From contig JBJTQJ010000009.1 of NCBI GenBank assembly GCA_046075565.1, positions 1-48,048 on the forward strand: 48,048 bases of DNA, written 5' to 3'. This DNA comes from Verrucomicrobiales bacterium (GTDB taxonomy: Bacteria; Verrucomicrobiota; Verrucomicrobiia; Verrucomicrobiales; SLCJ01). The translations under genes were made by a program, and so were the position numbers. Within the stretch, counting starts at the first letter, position 1. Each line of letters starts with the position of its first letter. The notes below the pieces were generated by a model. That model had not been told where the DNA came from. It searched no databases and saw only the letters and a list, made by a program, of their open reading frames with translations. Below, piece after piece: positions 19,060-29,208 of the stretch.

Positions 19060-21927
19060 CTAGGGCTTGACCTCAAAAATGGGAGCTATCTCCTGGAAGG
19101 CGGTGTGCTCGCCGGAAGCCGTAACCGGGTGGGTTTCAATCAGGAGCCAGCGCGCCTCCATCGGCTGCGCGAAAACGGCACGGAGCGTATTGAAACTTCC
19201 CGACTCCAGTTTCCGGCCGTCGAGTCCGCCGAGGGGTTGATAGGCAGCGGGGTCCCAGCCGGGGGCCTTTTCGGCATTGCTGGTGAAAACATTCAAGGCG
19301 ACGGGGCCCCGTCGTCCGCCTTGGCTGTGGGTGACCATGTTGATGCCTGTTAGACGGGGAGAGTCGGCGGGAATCGCGATGCGATAGACGCCTTTGGTGA
19401 TGCCATTGCCAAAAACCGGACCGTAGTTCTCTTTCGCTTCGCCATCGAGAAGTGTGTCCAGCGGTTCGTTCTGGGTTTTGGGATGGCTCTCGACGACCAG
19501 ACCACGCACGGGGGATGATTTGGACGCTTCGGCGGTGGCTTTCCATGTCCATGCCACCGTGTCTTTGCCCGCGAAGACGCCGATCGGAGCCTTCTGATCG
19601 CGCACGATCGACAACTTCACGTCGCGTCCGGCGGTCGCCAGCAAGACGGCGGAAAATTCGGCGAGGTTCTTCACCTTGCGGTCATTTGCACCCTGGATCA
19701 GATCATTCTTGCGCAGTCCGGCTTTGGCAGCAGCGGAGTTCCCGGGCACGTCATCGAGAGCCACGCCGCCATCTTCGCTTTTGGTTCCGAACGCGGAGAA
19801 TTGCCCATCCTGTAGATCCACCAACCTGGCTCCCCGCCAGACCAATTGGTGCGCCGGGATTTCAGCTTTGGGTTCAATCACTTTCCATGGTGGAATCACT
19901 GGCGTGGCCGCCATCGCCCGTAACGCCGGCTTCTTCACGCCGAATTGATCCATGGGGAAATTTTCGAAGCCTATTTTCAGCGCGGGGGATGTTTCCGCCA
20001 CGCGGAAATCCCCGGCCGCTGGATCGAGGAACATGGCTTCGCCGCGGAAACCGGCGCTTCCGGTTTCCGACACGGACGCGGGGACGCTATCGCCATTCGT
20101 CACCAGGAAGTTCGAGCGCATGCTCGATTCCCAACCGCTCGGCATGCCGATCGGCTTGGGCGCTGTCATCACGATGTTCTTTTCGAAGATGTCTCCACTG
20201 TTGGCATACCAGACATGCGGGTGGAAGCCGTTGTTGATCATGATGTTGTTCCATGCGCGGCGGCGGAAGCCTTCGCGGAATTTCAGGCCGCCCGCCAGCA
20301 TCAGATTGTGGTGGATTTCGTAGTTGGAGGATCCATCATCGAGGTCGATGTCCCAGCCATGATCGCAGCGCCAGCGGGAATGTCGGATGATTGTCGTCTC
20401 CACTGCATCGAGCAAAGGCAGTTGTGGTCGCTCTGCCACGGCTTTGTTGGTCACGTTGCGGTTGGGATGCCAGAAGCGATCCCGGCCCCATGAGTTGAAC
20501 GATCCATGGTCGTGGGTTTCCAGCACGGTGTCGAACACATCCACTCGTTCGATCAGATGGCCTCCCCAGGTCCCTTCGGAAATGTTGATGCCCGCGCGTG
20601 AACAATCGTGGATGGTGGTATCCCGGATTGCCACGCGGGCCGCCATGGAGATCTGCACCCCGGCGGACTGACGCTCGATCCGTCCTATTCCGCGGAGCAG
20701 GCAGTCTTCAATCGACATGTCCGCGGGATAATCTTCCGACTTAGGTCCGGTTTCCGTATCAGTTGCCAGCAGATCTTGGGTCTGATCGTATTGAAACAAT
20801 GGATTGCGCACGGCCTCTGGTTTACCCACCATCGCGATGGCGCTGGCCCCGGAATTTTCAATGAGGCAACCCCGGACGAGTGTGCGCCTGTTGTAGCCGC
20901 TGGCGAAGATGCCATTGCCTCCCGGTTGATCGAGATGGAGATCCCCGAGGGTGATTCGCTCCGTGCCTTCAAGGAAAATGGCCCCGCCGCGGTGGATGGT
21001 CCAATCGGAACGCAACAACGGTTCTTTCGTTTCCATGAACGTGCGGGCGGTGTGGCGCAAAGTGAATCCGGATAGGGTGATGCCACGCACCGGCTTTCCC
21101 GCCGTGCCCTTGAACTCGATCAACGAGGCCAGGCGCACGCCGACAAAAGCAGTCTTCTCCGGTTCCATTCCTGGAAGCGGCATCAAGAACAATTGATTCG
21201 TCTTCGCATCGTGGAACCATTCGCCCGGCGCATCGAGTTCCTCGCGGATATTCTCGACCATGCGGTATTTCGCATGCATGCCCATGGGACGATTATTTTG
21301 CCATCCTCCTTCGTAGGTCACTTCGCCCTGATCGTTCTTCCCGGTGATGAGGTAGTGGTAACCGCCCCAGCGCGCGACATGCATGGCATGGATGAACCCG
21401 CCCGCTGGATCCGCCCAGCGGGCCGCACGTTCTTTGGAAAAGGCATCCGGAGAGAAGCCTTGCCATGCCGCCGTCTTGTCGTCCGGATTTTCATTCGGAT
21501 AACGTGCCAGGGGCAGGCGCTTGCCGTCCGCGAAGAGTTGGTCGAGATGCAAGCCCGGTGGGGTGGGGGCACTGAAACTACCGTCGGGATTGCGGGTCCA
21601 TGTTGGATTCAGGACGATGCCCCCGCTCAGCACGGCTTCGCCTTCTTTTTTCGCCCGCAGGATCAGCGGGCTTTTCTCCGTGCCGGAGTCATCGGGACCG
21701 AAAACCAGCGGAGTCTCGAGATGGTAGATGCCGGATTCAAAAAGAATCTCGCGGGGTTGACTCCGATCCATGTCGCGTGACCGGACAAGCGCCGCTCCGG
21801 GAGTGCGAAGCGGACGACTGGCGTCGCCCGGATTTCCGTCGTCCCCGGCAGGAGAAACATGGATCACTTGGCCCGCCTCAAGAAGGCAGGGGAGTATAGC
21901 GAAAAGGGTAAAGGTGCGGCGGAGCAT
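19060..21927 (-). CDS. Secreted right-handed beta-helix protein (GH141-like) with PDZ domain and C-terminal beta-sandwich
   Basis: Signal peptide, HVSPAGDDGNPG, LARYPN, ELDAPGEW, beta-helix repeats, WDIDLDDGSS, PDZ-like SAAAKAGLRKNDLI..AN. Confidence 0.72.
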   Translation of the reverse strand: MLRRTFTLFAILPCLLEAGQVIHVSPAGDDGNPGDASRPLRTPGAALVRSRDMDRSQPREILFESGIYHLETPLVFGPDDSGTEKSPLILRAKKEGEAVLSGGIVLNPTWTRNPDGSFSAPTPPGLHLDQLFADGKRLPLARYPNENPDDKTAAWQGFSPDAFSKERAARWADPAGGFIHAMHVARWGGYHYLITGKNDQGEVTYEGGWQNNRPMGMHAKYRMVENIREELDAPGEWFHDAKTNQLFLMPLPGMEPEKTAFVGVRLASLIEFKGTAGKPVRGITLSGFTLRHTARTFMETKEPLLRSDWTIHRGGAIFLEGTERITLGDLHLDQPGGNGIFASGYNRRTLVRGCLIENSGASAIAMVGKPEAVRNPLFQYDQTQDLLATDTETGPKSEDYPADMSIEDCLLRGIGRIERQSAGVQISMAARVAIRDTTIHDCSRAGINISEGTWGGHLIERVDVFDTVLETHDHGSFNSWGRDRFWHPNRNVTNKAVAERPQLPLLDAVETTIIRHSRWRCDHGWDIDLDDGSSNYEIHHNLMLAGGLKFREGFRRRAWNNIMINNGFHPHVWYANSGDIFEKNIVMTAPKPIGMPSGWESSMRSNFLVTNGDSVPASVSETGSAGFRGEAMFLDPAAGDFRVAETSPALKIGFENFPMDQFGVKKPALRAMAATPVIPPWKVIEPKAEIPAHQLVWRGARLVDLQDGQFSAFGTKSEDGGVALDDVPGNSAAAKAGLRKNDLIQGANDRKVKNLAEFSAVLLATAGRDVKLSIVRDQKAPIGVFAGKDTVAWTWKATAEASKSSPVRGLVVESHPKTQNEPLDTLLDGEAKENYGPVFGNGITKGVYRIAIPADSPRLTGINMVTHSQGGRRGPVALNVFTSNAEKAPGWDPAAYQPLGGLDGRKLESGSFNTLRAVFAQPMEARWLLIETHPVTASGEHTAFQEIAPIFEVKP

Positions 21928-21973
21928 TCTGTGAAATCTAGAGACGTGCGGATTGAGTGCCGCATTTCAAGAA

Positions 21974-23017
21974 TCAGAACAACCCCAACTGCGGCCCATC
22001 CGGACGGCGGAAGGACACGGCGGAGACTTCCGGGGTGGTGGTGGCTAAACCGAGTCGGCGGCAGGTGGTGTCGAAGAGGGCGCGGATTTGCGCGGCCATC
22101 GGGCCTTGTCCGCGCATGCGGCGTCCGGGTTCGGAGTCGTTCAGCTTGCCGGCATGGGTTTCACGGATGCGGTTGAGGATCTTTTCCTTCTTCAATGGAT
22201 GATGGCGGTCGAGCCATTCGGAGAAGACAGTGGAAACAGCACCGGGTAGGCGGACCATCGACCAGGTGGCGAAGCCGGCATTGGCTTCGGCGGCGGCTTC
22301 AAGAATGGCCGGGATCTCATGGTCGTTGAGTCCGGGAATGACCGGGGCCACGGCGACTCCCGCCGGGATGCCTGCCTCGCGCAGTCTGCGTATGGCCTCG
22401 AGGCGGGCACGGGGACGCGAGGCCCTCGGTTCAAGTTCACCGGCGAGGTCCTTATCCAGAGTGGTGATGGAGATGTAAATGGCCACGGCCTGATGGCGGG
22501 CCAGTTCACTCAACAAATCGATATCGCGGGTGATGAGGAAGTTTTTGGTGATCATCACCACGGGATGACGACAGCGGGCGAGCACTTCCAGGCAGCCACG
22601 AGTCACCCGTAGCTGGCGTTCCACCGGTTGGTAACAATCGGTGACTCCGGAAAGTGAGAGCTTTTTCGGAAGATAGCCGCGCGCGCCTAGCGCCTTTTCC
22701 AGCAAGGCCGGGGCCTCGTGTTTGACCACGACATTCGTTTCGAAATCGAGTCCGGCGGAGAACCCGAGGTATTCATGGTAGGGCCGTGCGTAACAATAGG
22801 CGCAACCATGTTCGCAGCCCCGGTAGGGATTGAGGGAATGTTCGAAGCTCAAATCCCCGGCCGTATTTTCACTGAGAATGGATTTCGATTCGTCGCGCAG
22901 AAAACGAGTGCGGGGCAGGGGAGGCGGGCCATCAGGATCGAAATGGGCATCCTCGTCGGTTTCCACGCGCAACCGCTCGAAGCGATTCGGTGGGTTGGTT
23001 TCCGCGCCGCGGGTCAT
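21974..23017 (-). CDS. Radical SAM protein, PA0069/SplB-like family
   Basis: LNPYRGCEHGCAYCYAR (CxxxCxxC), TDCYQPVE, ITK, LEPRAS, APVIPGLND. Confidence 0.9.
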   Translation of the reverse strand: MTRGAETNPPNRFERLRVETDEDAHFDPDGPPPLPRTRFLRDESKSILSENTAGDLSFEHSLNPYRGCEHGCAYCYARPYHEYLGFSAGLDFETNVVVKHEAPALLEKALGARGYLPKKLSLSGVTDCYQPVERQLRVTRGCLEVLARCRHPVVMITKNFLITRDIDLLSELARHQAVAIYISITTLDKDLAGELEPRASRPRARLEAIRRLREAGIPAGVAVAPVIPGLNDHEIPAILEAAAEANAGFATWSMVRLPGAVSTVFSEWLDRHHPLKKEKILNRIRETHAGKLNDSEPGRRMRGQGPMAAQIRALFDTTCRRLGLATTTPEVSAVSFRRPDGPQLGLF

Positions 23018-23024
23018 GGGAGTA

Positions 23025-23186
23025 GAGACTCAAGACACAAGAGGGGAGGGAAGAGAGGTGAGACAGAAGATAGAAGACTTGGAGACAGAAGATATGAAGG
23101 CTTCACCGGTGGACCGCGATCAGCCTATTTCAGCATTCAGGTCTTGTGTCTTGTGTCTTTAAGCGAAGCGGTCTTATGTCTTTTCC
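23025..23186. repeat. Two oppositely oriented degenerate heptamer tracts filling the hflC-radical SAM spacer
   Basis: AAGACAC/GAGACAG/AAGATAG units at 23025-23100 and GTCTTGT/GTCTTAT units at 23141-23186. caagacacaaga (23031-23042) is the reverse complement of tcttgtgtcttg (23142-23153). Confidence 0.75.
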
Positions 23187-24149
23187 TCATTCCTTCTTCT
23201 CCGGTGGTGTGTCGTCCTGAAGATAACGGAGGAGCGGTGAGCTGGTGGAAAGGATGGCCGTGGTGTCGCCGCCGAGTGAAGTCTTATAGGTCTCGAGGGT
23301 TTTGAGGAAGCGGTAGAATTCCGAGGCTGCGGGCGAGCTGTTGTAGGCGGCGGCGTAGATGGCAGTGGATTTGGCTTCGGCTTCCCCGGCGATGGTCTGG
23401 ACTTGCTTGTAGGCGGTCGATTTGAGGGTATTCACTTCGCGTTCCATGTTCCCTAGGATTCGGGCAGCCTCACCGGCCCCCTCGGAGCGGAAACGTTCGG
23501 CGATTTGCTGGCGCTCAGAGATCATCCGTTGGTAGATGGTGGCTTCCACGCTGGGACCGTAGTTGATACGTTTGAAGCGCACATCGAGAAGGTCGATACC
23601 GAACTCGGCGAGTTTGGGTCTGGCGGCGTTGTAGATTTCGTGTTCGATGCCGGGACGTCCGATGCGTATGGCATCGAATTTCGCCGCGGGAGCCCCGCTT
23701 TCGGTTGAGGCGGCGGGTTGGCGGTCGCGGGTGGTGCGGATGATCTCGATGAGATCGTGACGGGCGACGGCGCTACGGGTTTCGCCGCCGATGATGTCAT
23801 CGAGGCGGGAAGTGGCGCTGCGTTCGTCACGCAAGCGCTCGAAGAATTTTCCGGCATCGGTGATCTTCCAGCGGGCGAAGGTATTGACCACGACGAACAG
23901 TTTGTCGCGAGTCGGCATGTCGGCCTCGCGACCGTCCCATTCGAGCACTCGTTTGTCGAAGCGGGTGACCTTTTGAATGAAGGGCTTTTTGAAGTGGATG
24001 CCGGTTTGGGTTACGGGTTCGCCGACGCGGCGGCCGAACTCGGTGACGATCACCTGTTCCCATTCCATGACGCGGTAGATGGAACCGGTCAGCAGAATGA
24101 GGCCGACGAAACCGAGGAAAACGGAAAGGACAATGGCGGATGCTTTCAT
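23187..24149 (-). CDS. hflC: Protease modulator HflC
   Basis: N-terminal TM, SPFH domain, RMISERQQIAERFRSEG, FYRFLKTLETY. Coupled to hflK. Confidence 0.92.
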   Translation of the reverse strand: MKASAIVLSVFLGFVGLILLTGSIYRVMEWEQVIVTEFGRRVGEPVTQTGIHFKKPFIQKVTRFDKRVLEWDGREADMPTRDKLFVVVNTFARWKITDAGKFFERLRDERSATSRLDDIIGGETRSAVARHDLIEIIRTTRDRQPAASTESGAPAAKFDAIRIGRPGIEHEIYNAARPKLAEFGIDLLDVRFKRINYGPSVEATIYQRMISERQQIAERFRSEGAGEAARILGNMEREVNTLKSTAYKQVQTIAGEAEAKSTAIYAAAYNSSPAASEFYRFLKTLETYKTSLGGDTTAILSTSSPLLRYLQDDTPPEKKE

Positions 24150-25150
24150 GGGCGGGCCGGGGTTGTGGTGGCGGGGTCGAGGGAGAGGAACGGCAACGGC
24201 GGAATGGACTGGCTTGAGTCCATTAGGATGCGGCGTTTGAACTTCGGCAGCACTTCGGCCATCGTCTCGAGGTAAAGGCGCTGGCGGGTGACCGCCGAGG
24301 CTTTTTCATACTCCTTGAAGAGGGTCGTGAAACGGGTGGCGTCGCCCTCGGCCTCGTTAACACGGCGGACGGCCTGACCTTCCGCTTCGGCAATTTGTCT
24401 ATCGGCTTCGCCGCGGGTGCGGGGCACGACGCGGTTGCTCTGACCCATGGCCTCGTTGATCAGGCGCTCGCGTTCCTGCTGCGATTGGTTCACCTCGTTG
24501 AACGACGCCTGCACGGGCAGGGGAGGAGTGACATTCTTCAATTGCACCTGGTCGATGGAAACGCCGAGCGAATAGCGTTTCACATAATCGCGGTGCAGTT
24601 CAAGGGCGCGGTTCTCGATTTCGGTCCGGCCAATGGTCAGCACCTCGTCCACCGAGCGGTCGCCGATGACTTCGCGCATGACGGATTCGGAGACGTCACG
24701 CAGGGTGTCTTCCGGGTAACGGACGGCAAAGAGGTAGTCCCTCGGTTCGGTGACGCGGTATTGCACGACCCATTCCACGAGGGCGGAGTTGCGGTCGCCG
24801 GTGATCATCGAGCGCTCGCGCAGTTGTTCGTCGCGACTGGAGAATTGGTTCTCGTTGGTTGCGCCGGGCGTGCCGAAGCCGAATTCCATTTTCTGCTGGC
24901 GAAGGACCGCGATGATTTCGTGCTGGTCGATGCCGAAGGGGAGTTTGAATTGCAGGCCGGTGGGCCGGAGGTCGGTGAATTTTCCGAAGCGCAGGATAAC
25001 GGCTTGGGAGTCGGCGGGCACGGTAAAGACCGAGGTGAAAACCCCGGCGAGCAGGACGAGAATGCCGAGTGCGTAAAGGAGGAGTTTCGGTCCGACCCAA
25101 TCGGGAAGATTGGGCGGGCGGATATCAATGATTTTCGGCGGCGGTGGCAT
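24146..25150 (-). CDS. hflK: FtsH protease modulator HflK
   Basis: VILRFGK, MITGDRNS.LVEWVVQYRV, VQASFNEV, VTRQRLYLETM. Confidence 0.92.
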   Translation of the reverse strand: MPPPPKIIDIRPPNLPDWVGPKLLLYALGILVLLAGVFTSVFTVPADSQAVILRFGKFTDLRPTGLQFKLPFGIDQHEIIAVLRQQKMEFGFGTPGATNENQFSSRDEQLRERSMITGDRNSALVEWVVQYRVTEPRDYLFAVRYPEDTLRDVSESVMREVIGDRSVDEVLTIGRTEIENRALELHRDYVKRYSLGVSIDQVQLKNVTPPLPVQASFNEVNQSQQERERLINEAMGQSNRVVPRTRGEADRQIAEAEGQAVRRVNEAEGDATRFTTLFKEYEKASAVTRQRLYLETMAEVLPKFKRRILMDSSQSIPPLPFLSLDPATTTPARP

Positions 25151-25185
25151 GGCGGAAACCGGGTGCGTGGTTGGGAGTTAACAGA

Positions 25186-26601
25186 TTAGAGGATCTGTCC
25201 CGGACTATACGCCGCTGCGGCCGGATGGAGCTTCAAAAGTTCATCGACGGCGGCGGCAAAAGCGTCGGTCTGGGCGCGGGCGGAGCCGATCATCGAGCGG
25301 CCGCGCGCCAGAATGGCTTTGATGGCGGGCAGATCGAGCCCGAGGCGAGGGTCGGCGGCGAGTCGCGCGGGTAAGTCGTTTTCTTTTTGTCCGGAACGGA
25401 GGGCGCGCACAGTGGCGACGGCATGTTCCTTGATCGCCTCGTGGGCGGTCTCGCGGCCGGCTCCGCGTTTCACGGCCTCCATCATCATGGTGGTGGTGAG
25501 CAGGAAAGGCAGGTAGTGGGTGGTTTCCTTGTCGATGACATCGGGATAGACTTCAAGCTGGCCGAGGATGACGAGCAGGGTTTCCAGCAGGCCGTCGATG
25601 GCAAAGAAGGCATCGGGCAACATGACGCGGCGCACGACCGAACAGCTCACGTCGCCTTCATTCCACTGGTCGCCATTGAGGGCGGCCGCCATGGCAAGGT
25701 GGCCCTGGAGGATGGCGAGGAAGCCATTGAGGCGCTCGCAGGAACGCGAGTTCATCTTGTGCGGCATGGCGGACGAGCCGGTCTGGCCGGGAGCGAAGCC
25801 CTCGGAGGCGGTCTCGTGTCCGGCCATGAGCCGGAGGGTTTTTGCGAACGAGGAGGGACCGGACGCGAGGCGGACGAGCGCGGAGATGGTGGCAAAATCG
25901 AGACTGCGGGGATAGACCTGCCCGGTATTGGTCCAACAATGCGCGAGCCCGAGGTGGGCGACGACGCGGTTTTCCAATTCCGCGACGCGTGCCGGGTCGC
26001 CATCGAAGAGGGAAAGTTGATCCAACTGGGTGCCAACGGCTCCTTTGAGCCCCCGGGTGGCATAACCGACCAGATGCTCCTCGAGGGCGTGGTGGGCGGC
26101 GAGCAGGTCTTCGCCGAACATGGCGAGGCGTTTGCCGAGAGTGGTGGGCTGGGCGGCCACGTTGTGCGTGCGGGCGGTCAGCGGCAGGTCGCGGAATTCG
26201 GTAGCGCGGCGGGCGAAGGCGGCCAGCGCAGCTACTGAGCGATCACGGATGAGGGCCAGTGCGCGCAAGACCTGGAGTTGCTCCACATTTTCCGTGAGAT
26301 CGCGCGAGGTGAGTCCTTTGTGGATATGTTCGTGGCCGGCGAGTTCGCAGAACTCATCGATGCGGGCTTTCACATCATGACGGGTCACGCGCTCGCGGCG
26401 CATGATGGATTCGAGATCGACCTTGTCCTTGACGGCTTCGTAATCGGCGATGGCCTCGGCGGGAATATCGAGGCCGAGGTCGCGCTGGGCCTTCATGACG
26501 GCAATCCAGAATTCACGTTCGAGCACGATGCGGCCTTCGGGGCTCCAGATCGCGCGCATGGCGGGGGTGGCGTAGCGTTCGGCGAGGACGTTGGGAATCA
26601 T
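25186..26601 (-). CDS. purB: Adenylosuccinate lyase
   Basis: TRHDVKA, HKGLTSRD, RTHNVAAQPTT, GSSAMPHKMN signature. Confidence 0.95.
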   Translation of the reverse strand: MIPNVLAERYATPAMRAIWSPEGRIVLEREFWIAVMKAQRDLGLDIPAEAIADYEAVKDKVDLESIMRRERVTRHDVKARIDEFCELAGHEHIHKGLTSRDLTENVEQLQVLRALALIRDRSVAALAAFARRATEFRDLPLTARTHNVAAQPTTLGKRLAMFGEDLLAAHHALEEHLVGYATRGLKGAVGTQLDQLSLFDGDPARVAELENRVVAHLGLAHCWTNTGQVYPRSLDFATISALVRLASGPSSFAKTLRLMAGHETASEGFAPGQTGSSAMPHKMNSRSCERLNGFLAILQGHLAMAAALNGDQWNEGDVSCSVVRRVMLPDAFFAIDGLLETLLVILGQLEVYPDVIDKETTHYLPFLLTTTMMMEAVKRGAGRETAHEAIKEHAVATVRALRSGQKENDLPARLAADPRLGLDLPAIKAILARGRSMIGSARAQTDAFAAAVDELLKLHPAAAAYSPGQIL

Positions 26602-26652
26602 CAGCGGAAATGTGGCGCGGACCGGGCAGGAGGGAAACCCAAATGTGCAGGA

Positions 26653-29187
26653 TTACTCCGGTTGGCCATTACCATTGCGCGTGGCCGGGGCCTCCGGCTG
26701 ATCCCACAGGAAATGCTCGAGGCGCAGGCGCTCATGGAGGGTGGCGGCCTCGGCAGCGCGCGGGGCTCCGGATTTGCCGAGCCGGTCGGCCAGGGCGGCG
26801 GCGGCCGGCCACTCCTGCCGTTTGCTGAGGAGTTCGACCGCACTCATGCCGCACCGGAAGGCCCAGTCGGTCTCCAGAGGGGGCTGGCCGGGTGGCAGGG
26901 ATTGGTCCATGGCATCATACCAAACGCGCAGGGCCTCGTCCGGCTTCTCCATGGCCATGGCTGTCCGGCCCATGAACCAGAATGCGCGGTTCCGCCAGGC
27001 AAGACCGGCGTCCGGGTCCGTGGCGAGAGCATTAAAGATTCGGCCCGATTCGGCGAGGGCATCGGGGTCCACCTCGTGGCGTTCGAGGAGGATTTCGGCA
27101 AGTTGGGATAACAGCGAGCGCTTCACTTGAGCATCGGGGGCGGGCTTGCTGTCGAGGGTTTCTTTCAGCAAGGCGATGGCGGCTTCCATTTTGCCTTGCC
27201 GCACAAGCAGACGGGTTTGTTCCTGCCGCGCCGCGATGGTGAGCGGGCCTTTGAGATCGACGACCTTTTGGAAGAGTGTGATGGCCTGTTCGAGCGAGGT
27301 CTCGGTCAGGCTGAGCGAAGCCGAACGGGCGCTTTGGAAGATGGCCTGCTCGCGCCATGGGGAGTCGGTTTTTTCCGCGAGGATTTCGAAATAAGCGCGT
27401 GCGGCGGCGTGTTGGCCGTCGGCGGCGAGCATGGCGCCGGTCTTGAAGCGGACTTCCTCGGCGAGAAACGAATCCGGCCAACGGGCGAGGAATTTATTGG
27501 CGGCGGCCACGGCTGCACTGGTGTCTTTGGCCAGATCCTCGGTCCAGACGAGCAGGTAATCGCGGCGCTCAAGCACGGCATCCGGGGCCTCGGGGCCGAT
27601 TTTTTCAAGCTGGCGCTGGGCTTTCTCGGGGGCGGGAGGGTTTTCCCGGAGGGCGATTTCGGCGAGCACGAGGTAGGCGCGGGTGCGCTCGGAGGATTCA
27701 GGTGCGGCTTGGAGATACCGCCAGAGGTGGAGACGCGCGGTTCCCGGGGACCGGGAACTGAGGTAGAGGCCGCGTTCGAGCAAAAGTCGCGCGCCGAATG
27801 CCGTGGCTTCTCCTCCACCATCCAGCAGTTTCGCGAGATTGTCTTCAAAGCCACCCGAATCGTCGCGCAGCAATGTGGCGAGACCGGCATTAAAGCGGGC
27901 GGCGATGGCATCGGCGGGATCGCTCGGTGCCATCTGGTCTGCCGCGAGGGCGAAATCGGCCGCGGCTTGTTCGGGATTTCCACTCTCCTGTTTGGTCTGG
28001 GCATTGAGGAATGTCCGCAACGCTTGTTCCGGGGCATTTAGGGTGGTTTCATCAAGCGAGGCGAGCAAGGCCTGTGCTTCCTCGATGCGATTCTCTTCGA
28101 TGAGCAGTTCGGCGCGCCTCAGTGCGACAGCCGTCACGAGGGGAGATTTGGCATGGAGGGTCATCACCGCTTCCAGATAACGCAATGCCTTGTCGCGGGG
28201 CACGCCGTTCGCTCGCGCACGGTGCAGAACGGAAAGAGTGGCCAAGCCGGGATTCGGAGACTTTTCCCAGTTCTCGATGTCGGCGCGGCGCGAGGGGTCT
28301 GCGAACACGCCCGCCTTTTCCATGGCCGCGAAGGCAGCGGGCAATATCGGGCTATCGGGATAGCGGTTCACGAAAGCGATGATGTTGTCGGTGGCGAGTT
28401 CGGATTGACCCGCGGCGGAGAGACTGCGGGCTGATCCTAACAACGAAGCGTGCACAATTCTCGTGGGCAAGTTCCGCGGACGGGCGGCAATTTTTTCGAA
28501 TTCCTTGATCGCACCAGCATGATCACCCAAGGCCTCATCAATGCGTGCGCGGAGGTAGTCGGCGGCGGCGGCATCGGCGGGGCTTGGTGCTGCCGGGAGC
28601 TTTTCCATGGCGGATTTCGCTTGATCCGTTTGACCAAGCTGGAGGTGGATTTCCGCCTGACGGAGCCTGGCTTTGAAGGCGAGTGATTTGTCGGAGCCGG
28701 AGCCCGCCGGGGCGAGCGCGGCCAAGGCGCTCTCGGGTTCGCGCAAAGCCACCAGCAATGATGCGCGGGCCAGTGCCGCGAATCCCTGCAGGGGTTTTTC
28801 CGGACCGCTGGAAACCTTCGCCAGGAGCGATTCGGCTTGGGAGAGGCTTCCATTCAGAGCCAATGCTTGGGCAAGCCAGAACTTCGCGGCCATGGTATCA
28901 GGCAAGTCCTGTTCCGTGAGCGACGGAAGCACATCAACTTTGGCGGCGCGCACTGCGGCTTCGACCAGCAGCAACCGCAACTGGGGCAAATCTTTCTCCA
29001 CGATCTTCCCGTCTTCCAAGAGAGCCAGTGATTTCTCGACCGCGATGGAGGGGAGCTTGCCGGCGAGGGCGCGACGGGCGGCGGAATACTCCGGCGAATT
29101 CTGCAAGGACACCGGCTCCGCGCGCACGGCAACAACTCCCGCGAGCAGCGGGATGGTGCAGACGACGGCGTGGATAAGGAGTCTCAC
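26653..29187 (-). CDS. Large periplasmic TPR-like alpha-solenoid protein
   Basis: Signal peptide and Ala/Leu-rich helical repeats with xYPDS/WPDS turns. GTG start. Confidence 0.78.
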   Translation of the reverse strand: MRLLIHAVVCTIPLLAGVVAVRAEPVSLQNSPEYSAARRALAGKLPSIAVEKSLALLEDGKIVEKDLPQLRLLLVEAAVRAAKVDVLPSLTEQDLPDTMAAKFWLAQALALNGSLSQAESLLAKVSSGPEKPLQGFAALARASLLVALREPESALAALAPAGSGSDKSLAFKARLRQAEIHLQLGQTDQAKSAMEKLPAAPSPADAAAADYLRARIDEALGDHAGAIKEFEKIAARPRNLPTRIVHASLLGSARSLSAAGQSELATDNIIAFVNRYPDSPILPAAFAAMEKAGVFADPSRRADIENWEKSPNPGLATLSVLHRARANGVPRDKALRYLEAVMTLHAKSPLVTAVALRRAELLIEENRIEEAQALLASLDETTLNAPEQALRTFLNAQTKQESGNPEQAAADFALAADQMAPSDPADAIAARFNAGLATLLRDDSGGFEDNLAKLLDGGGEATAFGARLLLERGLYLSSRSPGTARLHLWRYLQAAPESSERTRAYLVLAEIALRENPPAPEKAQRQLEKIGPEAPDAVLERRDYLLVWTEDLAKDTSAAVAAANKFLARWPDSFLAEEVRFKTGAMLAADGQHAAARAYFEILAEKTDSPWREQAIFQSARSASLSLTETSLEQAITLFQKVVDLKGPLTIAARQEQTRLLVRQGKMEAAIALLKETLDSKPAPDAQVKRSLLSQLAEILLERHEVDPDALAESGRIFNALATDPDAGLAWRNRAFWFMGRTAMAMEKPDEALRVWYDAMDQSLPPGQPPLETDWAFRCGMSAVELLSKRQEWPAAAALADRLGKSGAPRAAEAATLHERLRLEHFLWDQPEAPATRNGNGQPE

Positions 29188-29208
29188 GATGCGGGAAAAA
29201 TTCGGAAC

